In this document: positions 37,461 to 47,496 of the stretch, one piece after another
Layout: each line of letters opens with the position of its first letter
Numbering within the stretch: the first letter of the stretch is position 1
Assembly (NCBI GenBank): GCA_036732045.1
Contig: DAINDD010000005.1
Span: 11,710-75,709 of the forward strand
Length of the DNA: 64,000 bases
Source: Chloroflexota bacterium
Lineage (GTDB): Bacteria > Chloroflexota > Dehalococcoidia > SM23-28-2 > RBG-16-64-32
Direction of reading: 5' to 3'
Program-made: the position numbers and the translations under genes
The notes under the pieces: generated by a model
Databases searched by the model: none
Told to the model about the DNA's origin: nothing
Seen by the model: the letters and a program-made list of their open reading frames with translations, nothing else

Positions 37461-38435
37461 ATGATTCGCCCTCGATCGTTTGCGCTTGTTGTCGTCTTGC
37501 TGGTCTCGCTGGGCGTCTTCTATGCCCTCTTCGGCTGGCCACTCGGTGGTAGCGACTCAACCGGCAAGCAGGCGGCGGCCGTCGAGGACGCGACCCGGGC
37601 ACCTGTGCAGGCCGCGCCGGTGCCGACGGCCGATCCCTCGCCGGCAGCGAGCGATGGCTGCGCGCCGCCGTCGGACCCGTCCTTTCTCTCGGCGAATCAG
37701 ATCGTTGCCTACTACGGAAGTCCGTATGCGGCACAGCTCGGCATCCTCGGGCAGCACATGCCGGACGAGCTGGCCTCGATGCTGAAGGACCAGGCGGCCA
37801 GACTCGACGCACTCAACGGCTTTCGGGGCGTGCAGCCGGCCTTCGACATCATCTACGAGACAGCGCAGTCATCTCCAGGCAACGAAGGTCTGTACCTGCA
37901 GTACGTGGACAACGAGACCATGAAGCAGTACACCGACCTCGCCTGCAAAGACCATTTCTTCGTCTTCCTCGACCTGCAGATCGGGCGCAGCAATGTGGCA
38001 ACGGAGGTGAACAAAGTGCTGCCGCTCCTGCGCGGCTCGAACGTGCACGTCGCGCTCGACCCTGAGTTCACGATGCAGGAAGGCGAGGTGCCCGGCCAGA
38101 CGATCGGACACATGGACGCGAGTCAGATCAACGCGGCCCAGCAGATCATGGAGAACTTCGTGGAGCAAAACGGCCTGCCAGACAAGATCCTGGTCGTGCA
38201 CGAGTTCGACGCTCCCATGATCACGAACCCGGACCAGATCCAGAGCTTTCCGCACGTGCAGCTGGTGATCGATATGGACGGCTTCGGCCCGAAGGAAACG
38301 AAGATCAAGAAGTTCGGTTGGTACGCTCAGCCGGCGCAACACTCCGGCATCAAGATCTTCTTCCACCAGGACGACCCGGTGATGACAGAGCAAGAGGTGG
38401 AAGCGCTGAACCCAAACCTAATCATTTATCAGTAG
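37461..38435 (+). CDS. membrane-anchored extracytoplasmic hypothetical protein
   Basis: N-terminal signal anchor (FALVVVLLVSLGVFYALFGW), Pro/Ala-rich linker, then a ~250-aa domain of unknown function. Confidence 0.55.
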   Translation: MIRPRSFALVVVLLVSLGVFYALFGWPLGGSDSTGKQAAAVEDATRAPVQAAPVPTADPSPAASDGCAPPSDPSFLSANQIVAYYGSPYAAQLGILGQHMPDELASMLKDQAARLDALNGFRGVQPAFDIIYETAQSSPGNEGLYLQYVDNETMKQYTDLACKDHFFVFLDLQIGRSNVATEVNKVLPLLRGSNVHVALDPEFTMQEGEVPGQTIGHMDASQINAAQQIMENFVEQNGLPDKILVVHEFDAPMITNPDQIQSFPHVQLVIDMDGFGPKETKIKKFGWYAQPAQHSGIKIFFHQDDPVMTEQEVEALNPNLIIYQ

Positions 38436-39140
38436 CGCCGGGTCCTCCGCCGGGTCGCGTCTCGAGAACCAGGGCGGCAGCTCCTTTGCATAAAGTGCGA
38501 TGCCGACGATTGTGTAGACCATCAGGGTGGCAACAACGGTGACGGCCCCGCCCGAGCGCAGATTGTCGCCGAGAAATGCCAGAATCACGCTCGATAGTGC
38601 CGTGCCCGTGGTGGTGAGGGCAAGGAACGTCTGGTACTTCATCTTTGAGAGCCCGGCGGCGTAGCTAATGAGATCAAAGTTGATGCTCGGCAGCAGCCAG
38701 GTCAGGAAGACCATCACTGGGGTGACTCGCGTTGCCGTCCAGCGGATCTCCCGCGCGGAATGCAGGTCGAAGATGCGCTCGATGACGTGTCGTCCGTCGC
38801 GCCTCGCGATCGTGAAGTTTGCCGATGCCGCCACGGTGACGGAGGTGATTGCGAAAACGCTGCCAATCGTAACCCCGAAGATGAACCCGGCTGCGACCGA
38901 CAGCATAAACTCGGGAAAGAACGGCGAAAGTGTGCTTACCAGAAACAGCAGCGCCAGTAGCATCGCGGCCCAGACGAGGTGATGCCGGAGCGCCACGTGG
39001 ATTCCGTTGAGAGCCTGTTTTCCATCGTCGTTCGACACGATGATCATGAGGAGTCCGAGCACCGCCACGGACACGAGGAGCTTCGTGACGATGGGGTGAT
39101 AGATGAAGTAACGCCTTCGGATCGTGGATGGCGGCGGCAA
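38418..39140 (-). CDS. TVP38/TMEM64 (DedA-related) family membrane protein
   Basis: 240 aa, multi-TM with SNARE-associated Golgi protein-like pattern. Confidence 0.7.
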   Translation of the reverse strand: MPPPSTIRRRYFIYHPIVTKLLVSVAVLGLLMIIVSNDDGKQALNGIHVALRHHLVWAAMLLALLFLVSTLSPFFPEFMLSVAAGFIFGVTIGSVFAITSVTVAASANFTIARRDGRHVIERIFDLHSAREIRWTATRVTPVMVFLTWLLPSINFDLISYAAGLSKMKYQTFLALTTTGTALSSVILAFLGDNLRSGGAVTVVATLMVYTIVGIALYAKELPPWFSRRDPAEDPALLIND

Positions 39141-39576
39141 GCGCGTCCTCTCAGCTAAAACAAATGGAGGAGCCTGTGACAGACTCCTCCGTTTGACGCC
39201 ATATGAATTTCAGTGCCGCGGCGATTGTATCACGTCGGGCCTTCTCCTCTGGCCGGGCGGAAAAGTTAACGCTTCAGGCGCGGATCGGGCTGATTGTTAT
39301 AAAACTGCAACCGAATCCGGTGTTCACTTTTTTCGGTAAGACAGGTTATTCTTAGCCCTCTCAGAGGGGAACCAAAAGGAGCAGCGAAGGTGTCGCCCCA
39401 CCAATCGTCCCGCACTCGCGCTCAAAGCCGAAGGCCGGCGCGCCCCGCCGAGTTCAGGCAGACCAAGCCACTGACCGCTCGGGCCGACTATCAGCTTGAC
39501 CGAATGAGTTGGATGCGCATCCAGCGCGACTACTTTAGCCCCTACGCCTGTCGCCAATAGAGTTGCCGGCAGGCAC

Positions 39577-39612
39577 CGGCACTGAGACAAAGCCCGCCAC
39601 CCTGCCGGCGGG
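39577..39612 (+). terminator. GC-rich hairpin followed by U-rich tract (intrinsic-terminator-like), 45 bp upstream of the acyl-CoA synthetase start
   Basis: AAAGCCCGCC-accctgcc-GGCGGGCTTT followed by CTGCTTAT. An alternative pairing GCCGGCAGG (39565-39573) with CCTGCCGGC (39591-39599) would compete with the terminator stem. Confidence 0.3.
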
Positions 39613-39656
39613 CTTTCTGCTTATAATCCCTTCATCACACTCGGGAGGACGGATCG

Positions 39657-41234
39657 ATGGAAGTCCCGCTGCTAGTAAACGATTTTCTGCGTAGGGCGGC
39701 GAAGCTCTACCCGGAGAAGATCGCGATCGTGGACGGCGCACGGCGCTTCACCTACCGCGAGTACCAACAGCGCGTTAACCAACTCGGCCACGCGCTTCTA
39801 TCGCTGGGGATCGAGCCGGGCGACCGCGTCTGCATCCTGAGCCCGAACTCTCACTTCTTCCTCGAGGCGTACTACGGCGTCACGCAGATCGGCGCGATCC
39901 TTGTGCCGCTGAACTACCGCCTGACCGCCGCCGACCATGAGTACATCATCAATCACGCCGGCGTGAAGGCCGTGCTTGTCGATCACGAGTACACCGCGCT
40001 CGTGGACGGGATCAGGCCGCAGCTGCGGTCCGTCGAACACTGGATCGTCGGAGGCGACGACATCGAAGCGCCAGCCGGCTGGCGCTCCTGGGAGCAGCTG
40101 ATCGGGGAGTGCCCGGCAACCCCAACGCGACCCGTTGAGCAGGACGAGAACGATGTCACTTCGATCAACTACACGTCCGGCACCACCGCGCGTCCCAAGG
40201 GCGTAATGCTGACGCATCGCAACTGCTACATCAACGCCTACAACTTCATCGCGCATCTGGAGATCCGTCACGACGACGTCGAGCTGTGGACGCTGCCGAT
40301 GTTCCACGCCAACGGCTGGGGCGGGCCGTTCGCGCTGACAGCGATGGGCGCGACACACGTCGTCTTGCGCGCAGTGCAAGCGGACGACATCCACCGTCTG
40401 ATTGAGGAGGAGGGCGTCACGTTCGGCTGCATGGCGCCGGCCGTCCTCAGCACTATCCTCAACTACGAGAAGCACGCCCAGCACAACTTCCGCACCCGGC
40501 CGCGGTTCGTCGTCGCCGGTGCGCCGCCGCCGGCCGCCTTCATCAAGCGGCTGGAGGAAGAGCTGGGCTGGCAGTTCCTCCAAATCTACGGCCTGACCGA
40601 GACAGCGCCTATCCTCACCGTGTCCACCCCGGACTACTACACCGCGCCGGACGACTACGCCCGCCGCGCCCGCGCCGGTGTAGAGGCGATCGGCGTCGAC
40701 GTGCAGGTGCTGGACGACGCCGGGAAGCCGGGGCCGCAGGACAACACGACGATCGGCGAGGTCTGCGCGCGGTCGAACGTCGTTCTGAAGGGCTATTGGA
40801 AGCAGCCGGAGGAGACGGCCGCCACAATCTACGACGGCTACTTTCACAGCGGCGACCTGGCGGTCTGGGACGAGCATGGCAACATCCATATCGTCGACCG
40901 CAAGAAGGACGTCATCATCTCCGGCGGCGAGAACATAAGCTCACCCGAGATCGAGGATGCGCTCTACAAGCACCCCGCCGTGCTGGAGTGCGCCGTGATC
41001 GGCGTGCCGAGCGAGAAATGGGGCGAGACACCGAAGGCGCTGATCGTCCTGCGAGCAGGTGCGACTGCCGATGAGGAAGAGATCATCGTCTTCACCCGGG
41101 AACACCTGGCCCACTTCAAATGCCCGACGTCGGTCGAGTTCGTGGAGTCGCTACCACGAACGGCGACGGGCAAGCTGCAGAAGTACGTGATCCGCGAGGC
41201 TTACTGGCAAGGAGTCGAGCGCCGCGTCGGCTGA
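39657..41234 (+). CDS. AMP-dependent acyl-CoA synthetase/ligase
   Basis: 525 aa; TSGTTARPKGV AMP-binding motif, GDLAVWDEHGNIHIVDRKKDVIISGGENI. Confidence 0.9.
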   Translation: MEVPLLVNDFLRRAAKLYPEKIAIVDGARRFTYREYQQRVNQLGHALLSLGIEPGDRVCILSPNSHFFLEAYYGVTQIGAILVPLNYRLTAADHEYIINHAGVKAVLVDHEYTALVDGIRPQLRSVEHWIVGGDDIEAPAGWRSWEQLIGECPATPTRPVEQDENDVTSINYTSGTTARPKGVMLTHRNCYINAYNFIAHLEIRHDDVELWTLPMFHANGWGGPFALTAMGATHVVLRAVQADDIHRLIEEEGVTFGCMAPAVLSTILNYEKHAQHNFRTRPRFVVAGAPPPAAFIKRLEEELGWQFLQIYGLTETAPILTVSTPDYYTAPDDYARRARAGVEAIGVDVQVLDDAGKPGPQDNTTIGEVCARSNVVLKGYWKQPEETAATIYDGYFHSGDLAVWDEHGNIHIVDRKKDVIISGGENISSPEIEDALYKHPAVLECAVIGVPSEKWGETPKALIVLRAGATADEEEIIVFTREHLAHFKCPTSVEFVESLPRTATGKLQKYVIREAYWQGVERRVG

Positions 41235-41240
41235 GCTGCC

Positions 41241-42011
41241 TCACTGATCGGTAGTGATGCCACCGTCGACCGGGATCACGGCCCCGGTCAGGTATGCGCC
41301 CGCGCGCGATGACAGGTAGATCGCCGCACCGGCCATGTCCTCCGGCCGGCCGACCCGCCCGAGCGGACACTGACCGACAATCGCGTCCCCGAAGCGCTGC
41401 AGTGTCTCGTGCATCATCTTGCTTTCGAACGGCCCAGGCGCGATCGCGTTCACCGTAATCCGCTCCGCCGCGAACTTGCGGGACAAAACGCGCGTCATGT
41501 GCAGCACAGCCGCCTTGCTCGCCGAGTAGGCGTACGTGTCGAGGAAAGGCGCCTTGATGCCGTCGATCGAGCCGATGTTGATTACGCGCGCCGGGTCGTC
41601 GTCGCTGGCAGCCTTGCGCAGCAGTTGACGCAGGAAGCGAGTCAGGTGGAAGACGCCCTTCACGTTGAGCGCGAACACGCGGTCGAAAGCTGCGTCCGGG
41701 TACTCATCGAGAGGAGCGCCCCAGTTGTTGCCGGCGTTGTTTACCAGGATGTGCAGCCGCTCCTCTCGCTTGCCGATCTCGTCCGCGAGCTCCCTGCAGC
41801 CGGCCTCGGTACTGAGGTCGGCGGGGATTGCGATGCAGGTCCCGGACTTCGACAAGTCCTTGGCAACGCCCTCGATGACGTCCGCTTTGCGAGAGGAGAC
41901 GTAGGTCTTCGCGCCGGCCTCGACGAACCCCTGGGCGATCATGAGGCCGATGCCCTGCCCGCCGCCTGTAACGACGGCCACTTTGTCCCGAACGGAGAAG
42001 AGGTCTTGCAT
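41241..42011 (-). CDS. SDR family oxidoreductase
   Basis: MQDLFSVRDKVAVVTGGGQGIGLMIA; start refined to ATG 42011. Confidence 0.85.
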   Translation of the reverse strand: MQDLFSVRDKVAVVTGGGQGIGLMIAQGFVEAGAKTYVSSRKADVIEGVAKDLSKSGTCIAIPADLSTEAGCRELADEIGKREERLHILVNNAGNNWGAPLDEYPDAAFDRVFALNVKGVFHLTRFLRQLLRKAASDDDPARVINIGSIDGIKAPFLDTYAYSASKAAVLHMTRVLSRKFAAERITVNAIAPGPFESKMMHETLQRFGDAIVGQCPLGRVGRPEDMAGAAIYLSSRAGAYLTGAVIPVDGGITTDQ

Positions 42012-42031
42012 AGTCGGTCCTTTCTGGCGCT

Positions 42032-43462
42032 TCAATCGTCTGCGATGAAGACTGTCTTGTATTCGGAGTAGTCGACCAGCGCGGCCGTCCCGTGCTCGCG
42101 GCCGATGCCGGACTGCTTGACGCCGCCGAACGGCGCCTCGATGTGCACGGAGCTCGATGAGTTGATCGAGAGCACACCGGTCTCGACGCTGCGAGCCACC
42201 CGCAACGCTCGCCCGACATCGCGCGTCCAGATTGAGCCGGAGAGGCCGTAGATCGAGTCGTTGGCCAGCCGGACGGCCTCATCCTCGCCCTCGAAGGCGA
42301 CGATTGCGACGACCGGGCCGAAGATCTCCTCGCGCATGATGCGCATCTCCGGCCGCACGTCCACGAAGACGGTCGGCGTCAGGTAGTTCCCCGGCGAGTC
42401 GGGCCGCTCGCCTCCGCAGACTCGCCGCGCACCCTCCGACTCACCGATCGCGACGTAGGCCTCGACCTTCTCGCGGTGTTCGGGCGTGATCAGCGGGCCG
42501 ACCTCCGTCGACTCATCCGCGGTGTCGCCGATGCGGAGTGACTTGGCGCGGGCGGCGAAGCGCTCGACGAACTCGTCGAAGACCGCGCGCTCGACCAGCA
42601 CGCGGCTGCGAGCGCAGCAGTCCTGGCCGGCGTTATCGTAGACTGCCCAGACGGACGACTCGACGCACTTCTCCAGTTCGGCGTCGGCGAAGACGATCGA
42701 CGCCGACTTGCCGCCGAGCTCCAGCGAGACGCGCTTGATGGCCGCGCCGGCTGCTTGCATGATGTGCGCGCCGACTTCTGTGGACCCGGTGAACGATATC
42801 TTGCGCACGAGCGGGTGCTGGATCAGCGCCTCGCCAGCCTCCGAGCCCTTGCCCGGCACGATGTTGAGGACGCCCGGCGGCAGGCCTGCCTCTGTGGCGA
42901 GCTCAGCCATAGCCAGCGCGGTGAGCGGTGTCACCTCCGCCGGCTTGACGACGACGGAGTTGCCGATCGCCAACGCCGGCGCGACTTTCCAGGAGAGGAT
43001 CGCCATCGGGAAGTTCCACGGTGTGATCGCCGCACAGACACCGATCGGCTCGCGGAAGGTGAGGAGGGTGCCAGCGGCCTGGCAGGGCACGGTCTCGCCG
43101 CCGAACTTGTCGACGGCGCCCGCGTAGTAGTCGAAGCTCGCCGCGACCGCGCCGATCTCCCCGCGCGCGGCGCTGATGGGCTTGCCCGCGTTCTGCGACT
43201 CCAACTGCGCGAGCCGCTCCGTGTCGCGCCGGACGAGATCAGCGATGCGGCGTAGCACGTCTCGCCGTTCACGGACGGGCGCGCGACGCCAGACGCCGGC
43301 CTGGTAACGCTCGTGCGCCAGCGCGACTGCGCCATCAACGTCAGCGGCCGAGGCCCGCGCGACCCGCGCGATCTCGCTGCCGTTGGCCGGGTTGCGGACC
43401 GAGGTCTCGCTGCCGCCGGACTCGACGTGCCCGCCGCCGATGTAGAGGCCGTGGGTGGTCAC
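42032..43462 (-). CDS. aldehyde dehydrogenase family protein
   Basis: 476 aa; ELGGKSA and catalytic Cys region GQDCCA. Confidence 0.9.
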   Translation of the reverse strand: MTTHGLYIGGGHVESGGSETSVRNPANGSEIARVARASAADVDGAVALAHERYQAGVWRRAPVRERRDVLRRIADLVRRDTERLAQLESQNAGKPISAARGEIGAVAASFDYYAGAVDKFGGETVPCQAAGTLLTFREPIGVCAAITPWNFPMAILSWKVAPALAIGNSVVVKPAEVTPLTALAMAELATEAGLPPGVLNIVPGKGSEAGEALIQHPLVRKISFTGSTEVGAHIMQAAGAAIKRVSLELGGKSASIVFADAELEKCVESSVWAVYDNAGQDCCARSRVLVERAVFDEFVERFAARAKSLRIGDTADESTEVGPLITPEHREKVEAYVAIGESEGARRVCGGERPDSPGNYLTPTVFVDVRPEMRIMREEIFGPVVAIVAFEGEDEAVRLANDSIYGLSGSIWTRDVGRALRVARSVETGVLSINSSSSVHIEAPFGGVKQSGIGREHGTAALVDYSEYKTVFIADD

Positions 43463-43875
43463 GCCGTGCCGCCTCCCGTGCGAAGGACCTGCTCTGTCTC
43501 CTTGTGTACCTGGAGCACCTTGGCATAACCGTCTTCCATCTGTTTAACGATCGACTTCACCGTTGATCGCTTCGATATTGCGTAGAACCCTGACATCGTC
43601 CACGGCCTTTCCATCATCACGTGCTTAGCAAGATCGTTCAGACGGTCTAGCAGCGCGAAATGTGTCGAGCAACGCTCGTTCCATGCTTCTAGAACCAAGG
43701 TCAGAGCCGGGACCGCTCTGTCGCGATCTAGATCTATCCCTTCGCGATAATCGGCCTCGGTTGGTTGCCGTATTTGGAAATCACATTCCTTTGCTTCCAA
43801 GGTGACGTTAGACAGCGCCATCATGCCCCAGTCCAAGACGACCCTATCGCCAAGCAATTCTTGAATGGGCAGCAA
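43459..43875 (-). CDS. hypothetical protein (lower-GC patch)
   Basis: 138 aa; stop overlaps the ALDH start; no recognisable motifs. Confidence 0.4.
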   Translation of the reverse strand: MLPIQELLGDRVVLDWGMMALSNVTLEAKECDFQIRQPTEADYREGIDLDRDRAVPALTLVLEAWNERCSTHFALLDRLNDLAKHVMMERPWTMSGFYAISKRSTVKSIVKQMEDGYAKVLQVHKETEQVLRTGGGTA

Positions 43876-44221
43876 AACAATCTATCGGTAGGGACTCGAA
43901 CTGAGAGCCGAGAAATTCCGGAATCTGCTTTGGCGCAAGCACGCTATCGTGCGCGATTTGTCTTACAGTTCGAATCATGAAACTAGCTATTTGGTAATTC
44001 TGCAGGTGGACACTGAGCAGAATGCTAAGTGAGTCGTGAAACTTCTGAATTCCGTCTGTCAAGAACCGTTGAGTAGCCAGCTCCGACTGCCTTTGTTGGC
44101 GATATACCCATAGACCCAGGAGTACGGCGATCATCGGGCCGAGCAAAATAGCACCGGCAGCAAGAAGGTCTGCATCAATTCCGAACAGCGACCGTGTCGG
44201 CAGATCGGTTTGCGGATTCAT
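43844..44221 (-). CDS. hypothetical membrane protein (lower-GC patch)
   Basis: 125 aa with one N-terminal TM (LLAAGAILLGPMIAVLLGLWVY); overlaps the upstream SDR stop. Confidence 0.4.
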   Translation of the reverse strand: MNPQTDLPTRSLFGIDADLLAAGAILLGPMIAVLLGLWVYRQQRQSELATQRFLTDGIQKFHDSLSILLSVHLQNYQIASFMIRTVRQIAHDSVLAPKQIPEFLGSQFESLPIDCFAAHSRIAWR

Positions 44222-44994
44222 TCCGGCGTCACGTAAGCGGCCGTGATGCCGCCGTCGATGATGAACTGCGCGCCGGTCATGAACGACGACTCGTCCGAGG
44301 CGAGGTAGAGCGCGGCCTTCGCGATCTCCTTCGCCTCTCCGAAGCGGCCGATCGGGATGTGTACGAGGCGACGCTGCAGCTTCTCCTCCGTGTTGAGGAA
44401 CTTCATCAGCAGCTCGGTCTTTAGCGGGCCCGGACAGAGCGCGTTGATGCGAATGTTCTCGCGGGCGTGGACGATCGCCAGCTCGCGCGTCATCGAGAGG
44501 ACTGCGCCCTTGGAGGCGGTGTAGGCGACCTGCGCCGTCGCCGAGCCCATTACGGCGACGATGGAGGCGGTGTTGATGATCGAGCCGCCGCCGGCGCGAC
44601 GGATGGCGGGGATGCCGTACTTGCAGCCGAGGAAGACGCCCTTGGCGTTGATCTCCATCGTCAGGTCCCAGACGGCCTCCGTGGTGTTCGTGGCCTCGTC
44701 GTCGTCGGAATGCATGATGCCGGCGTTGTTGAACAGCACGTGGAGCTTGCCGTACTCCGACTCTGCGAAGTCGATCATCGCCTTGCAGTCCTCGGCCTTG
44801 GTGACGTCGGCGTGGAAGGCTGTCGCCTTGCCGTCGGCCCGCTCGACCATGACGACGGTCTGGCGAGCGGTGTTCTCGTCCAGGTCAACGGCGACCACCT
44901 CGGCACCCTCCGTCGCGAAGAGAATGGCGCTTTCCCGGCCGATGCCGCTGCCGGCGCCGGTGATCAGCGCGACTTTTCCGTCCAATCGTCCCAT
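44218..44994 (-). CDS. SDR family oxidoreductase
   Basis: GKVALITGAGSGIGRESA. Confidence 0.85.
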   Translation of the reverse strand: MGRLDGKVALITGAGSGIGRESAILFATEGAEVVAVDLDENTARQTVVMVERADGKATAFHADVTKAEDCKAMIDFAESEYGKLHVLFNNAGIMHSDDDEATNTTEAVWDLTMEINAKGVFLGCKYGIPAIRRAGGGSIINTASIVAVMGSATAQVAYTASKGAVLSMTRELAIVHARENIRINALCPGPLKTELLMKFLNTEEKLQRRLVHIPIGRFGEAKEIAKAALYLASDESSFMTGAQFIIDGGITAAYVTPE

Positions 44995-45085
44995 GTGTCC
45001 TCCGGTCGTTCGATTCCCGCCGCCGTAGCCGAGGCTTTCCGGCCTCGGTCCTGGCCTGGAGAGGCCCGGTTACGGGAATGGCGGC

Positions 45086-46480
45086 CTATATCCTCTCGAA
45101 GTAGCGCCAGCGCTCCCAGTCCGTGACGGCGCGGTCGTAGGAGGCCTGCTCGTCGTGGAAAAAGTGGGCGTAGTGCTCCTGCACGTCCCCGCCGAATGCC
45201 TGCCGCACGAAATCGCTCGACTCGAACAGCGCGAGCGCGTCGCGCAGGGTGGCCGGCACGCGCGGGAGGCCGGCCGCCTCGTAGACGTCGCCGACGAAGA
45301 CGGGTGGCGGCTCGATCTTCTTCGCGATGCCGTCGAGGCCGGCGGCCAGCACGGCGGCGTAGGCGAGGTACGGATTGCAGTCGGCGCCGGGGATGCGGCA
45401 CTCGATGCGGAGCGACTTTCCCTCGCCGACGACGCGGAAGCCGGCGGTGCGATTGTCGTAGCTCCAGGCGATGCCGGTTGGCGCCCAGGAGCCGGGCAGG
45501 TAGCGCTTGTAGGAGTTGATCGTCGGGGCGAAGAAGACCATTAGCTCCGGCGCGTGGGCCATCCAGCCGCCGAGGAACCAGCGGAAGTCGTCCGAGCATT
45601 GCACCGGCCCGAACGCCTGCGAGCCCGGGAAGACACTGTCGTCGCCGCGCCAGAGACTCAGGTGCACATGGCAGCTGGAGCCCGCCTGGTCCGCGAACGG
45701 CTTGGCCATGAACGTGATGCTACAGCCCAGGCCCTCCGCGATCTCCTTCATGCCCAGCTTCATCACGGAGTGCCGGTCGGCCATCGTCAGGACGCCGGCG
45801 TAGCGGATGTTCATCTCGTGCTGGCCGCGGCCCCACTCGCCTTTCGAGTTCTCGACGGGGATGCCTGACGCGGCGAGGTGGCGGCGGACTGCGCCGTTGT
45901 AGCGCTCCTCGCGGGTGCCCTGGAGGAGGTGGTAATCCTCGACGTACCAGCCGGCGGGAGTAAGGTCGTCGTAGCGCTTCGCCGCCGCGGCTTTGTACGT
46001 GTCGTCGAAGAGGTAGTACTCCAGCTCCGAGGCCGCTTTCGCCGTGTAGCCCTCCTCCGTCGCGCAGTCGAGCTGCCGGCGCAAGATCGAGCGCGGGGCG
46101 ACGGTGACGAGCTCGTGCGTCATTGTATCGTGCAAGTCACAGAGGACAAACGCCGTGCGGTCCAGCCAGGAGACCGTGCGCAATGTCGAGAGGTCGGGTG
46201 CCATGTGGAAGTCGCCGTAGCCCTGCTCCCAGCTGGCGTAGCGGTAGCCGGGAACCGGGTTCATCTCCATGTCCACCGTCAGCAGGTAGTCGCAGGCATG
46301 AGAGCCTGTCGCGTGCACCTCATCGACGAAGAAGCCGGCGTCGAACCGCTTTCCGTGCAGGCGGCCGTAGTGGTCCGTGAAGGCGACGACGACCGTATCG
46401 ACGGCGCCGCTCTCCACCTGGGCGCGCAACTCTTCGAGCGTCAGCATTCCACGTGTCATGGGATGCTCCCGATTATCCAC
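45086..46480 (-). CDS. glutamine synthetase family protein (GlnA3/PuuA-like gamma-glutamyl ligase)
   Basis: 464 aa with GS catalytic domain motifs (…KPFADQAGSSCHVHLSLW…). Confidence 0.85.
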   Translation of the reverse strand: MDNREHPMTRGMLTLEELRAQVESGAVDTVVVAFTDHYGRLHGKRFDAGFFVDEVHATGSHACDYLLTVDMEMNPVPGYRYASWEQGYGDFHMAPDLSTLRTVSWLDRTAFVLCDLHDTMTHELVTVAPRSILRRQLDCATEEGYTAKAASELEYYLFDDTYKAAAAKRYDDLTPAGWYVEDYHLLQGTREERYNGAVRRHLAASGIPVENSKGEWGRGQHEMNIRYAGVLTMADRHSVMKLGMKEIAEGLGCSITFMAKPFADQAGSSCHVHLSLWRGDDSVFPGSQAFGPVQCSDDFRWFLGGWMAHAPELMVFFAPTINSYKRYLPGSWAPTGIAWSYDNRTAGFRVVGEGKSLRIECRIPGADCNPYLAYAAVLAAGLDGIAKKIEPPPVFVGDVYEAAGLPRVPATLRDALALFESSDFVRQAFGGDVQEHYAHFFHDEQASYDRAVTDWERWRYFERI

Positions 46481-46534
46481 AAACGGGGCGCGCGCGGGAA
46501 GCTCGCAGCAGACGGAAGAGCGTTCTCGGGCGCG

Positions 46535-47323
46535 TCAATAGGAGCGGCACACCGGCCATGGGGAGAGCGCGTCCCCGGCGGTCAGGGCTGGTAAGTACTC
46601 TTGCTGGTAGGCGACCGTAGCGTTCGTCAGGGGATCGTCCCAACCAGGGAACTGGTAGCTGATCTGGAACAGGCCCCAGTAGCCCGCCGGGTTGACTGAG
46701 GCCGGGTTCAATCCTGATTCGCATGCAGCTATCCGTACCATTTGATCGCAGGGCCAGGACAGCGAGCAGATCGCGGCGACCACGTCGCTGGATGCCGGCG
46801 GCACGTACGGCGTGGCAGCCGGCGGTGGCGCAGCAGTGATCGCCGCCGGAGTGGGTTGCGCGACCGGCACGACGTCTGAGGCAGGGTCCGGTAGTGGAAG
46901 TTCAGTGGCCGGAGCGGGTGGGAGCGCGAAAGCGGCTGCCGGCACCGGGATCGACAGCACCTGGCCGATCTGCAGGAAGTCGTCGACGCTGACTCCGTTC
47001 GCGGCGGCGATGTCGAAGGGCGTTACGCCGAACCAACCGGCGAGCTCTAACAGCGTCTCTCCGGGGCGGACTTCCATAGTCGGCAGTGGTTCTGGCGTGG
47101 GCGTCGGCAACGGGCTCGGCGTTGGCTGGGCTGTCGGAGGGACGGTGGTCTCGGCTTGAGGCAACTCAAGGTTACGCAGCGACTCAGCGCGGTGCGGGGA
47201 GAGGGCGGCGGTCGTGAGCGCGGCCGCAACCAGGGTCTGGGGCGAATCATGCCCGCCGTCCTGCTTTGCCGGAGCTGACAGAGCGGGAACGATCAGCACG
47301 GCTGCCAGCGCGAGGCAAATCAC
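46535..47323 (-). CDS. secreted LysM domain protein with Rpf-like transglycosylase-like C-terminal domain
   Basis: GTG start, signal peptide, PT-rich region, LysM (RPGETLLELAGWFGVTPFDIAAANGVSVDDFLQIGQVLSIP), and C-terminal ACESGLNP...GYWGLFQI resembling the Rpf/transglycosylase-like motif. Confidence 0.7.
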   Translation of the reverse strand: MICLALAAVLIVPALSAPAKQDGGHDSPQTLVAAALTTAALSPHRAESLRNLELPQAETTVPPTAQPTPSPLPTPTPEPLPTMEVRPGETLLELAGWFGVTPFDIAAANGVSVDDFLQIGQVLSIPVPAAAFALPPAPATELPLPDPASDVVPVAQPTPAAITAAPPPAATPYVPPASSDVVAAICSLSWPCDQMVRIAACESGLNPASVNPAGYWGLFQISYQFPGWDDPLTNATVAYQQEYLPALTAGDALSPWPVCRSY

Positions 47324-47453
47324 GAGTACGTGTCTAACTATCAGTCATTCCCCCCTGCTATTCCGTGGAGTCCTGTACGTCCCGCTGCGGAAGCCCAGCG
47401 CTCGGACGCAGGCACCGGGAACAAGTCTGCCAGCATTGGCCGAGTTTGACAAA

Positions 47454-47496
47454 TCGCTAACGGCGAACGGGAGCGGGGGCGAATTAGCGTTGCCTC
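47454..47496 (+). repeat. direct repeat copy A (left boundary of lower-GC insert)
   Basis: TCGCTAACGGCGAACGGGAGCGGGGGCGAATTAGCGTTGCCTC; ~93% identical to copy B at 50441..50481. Confidence 0.7.
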
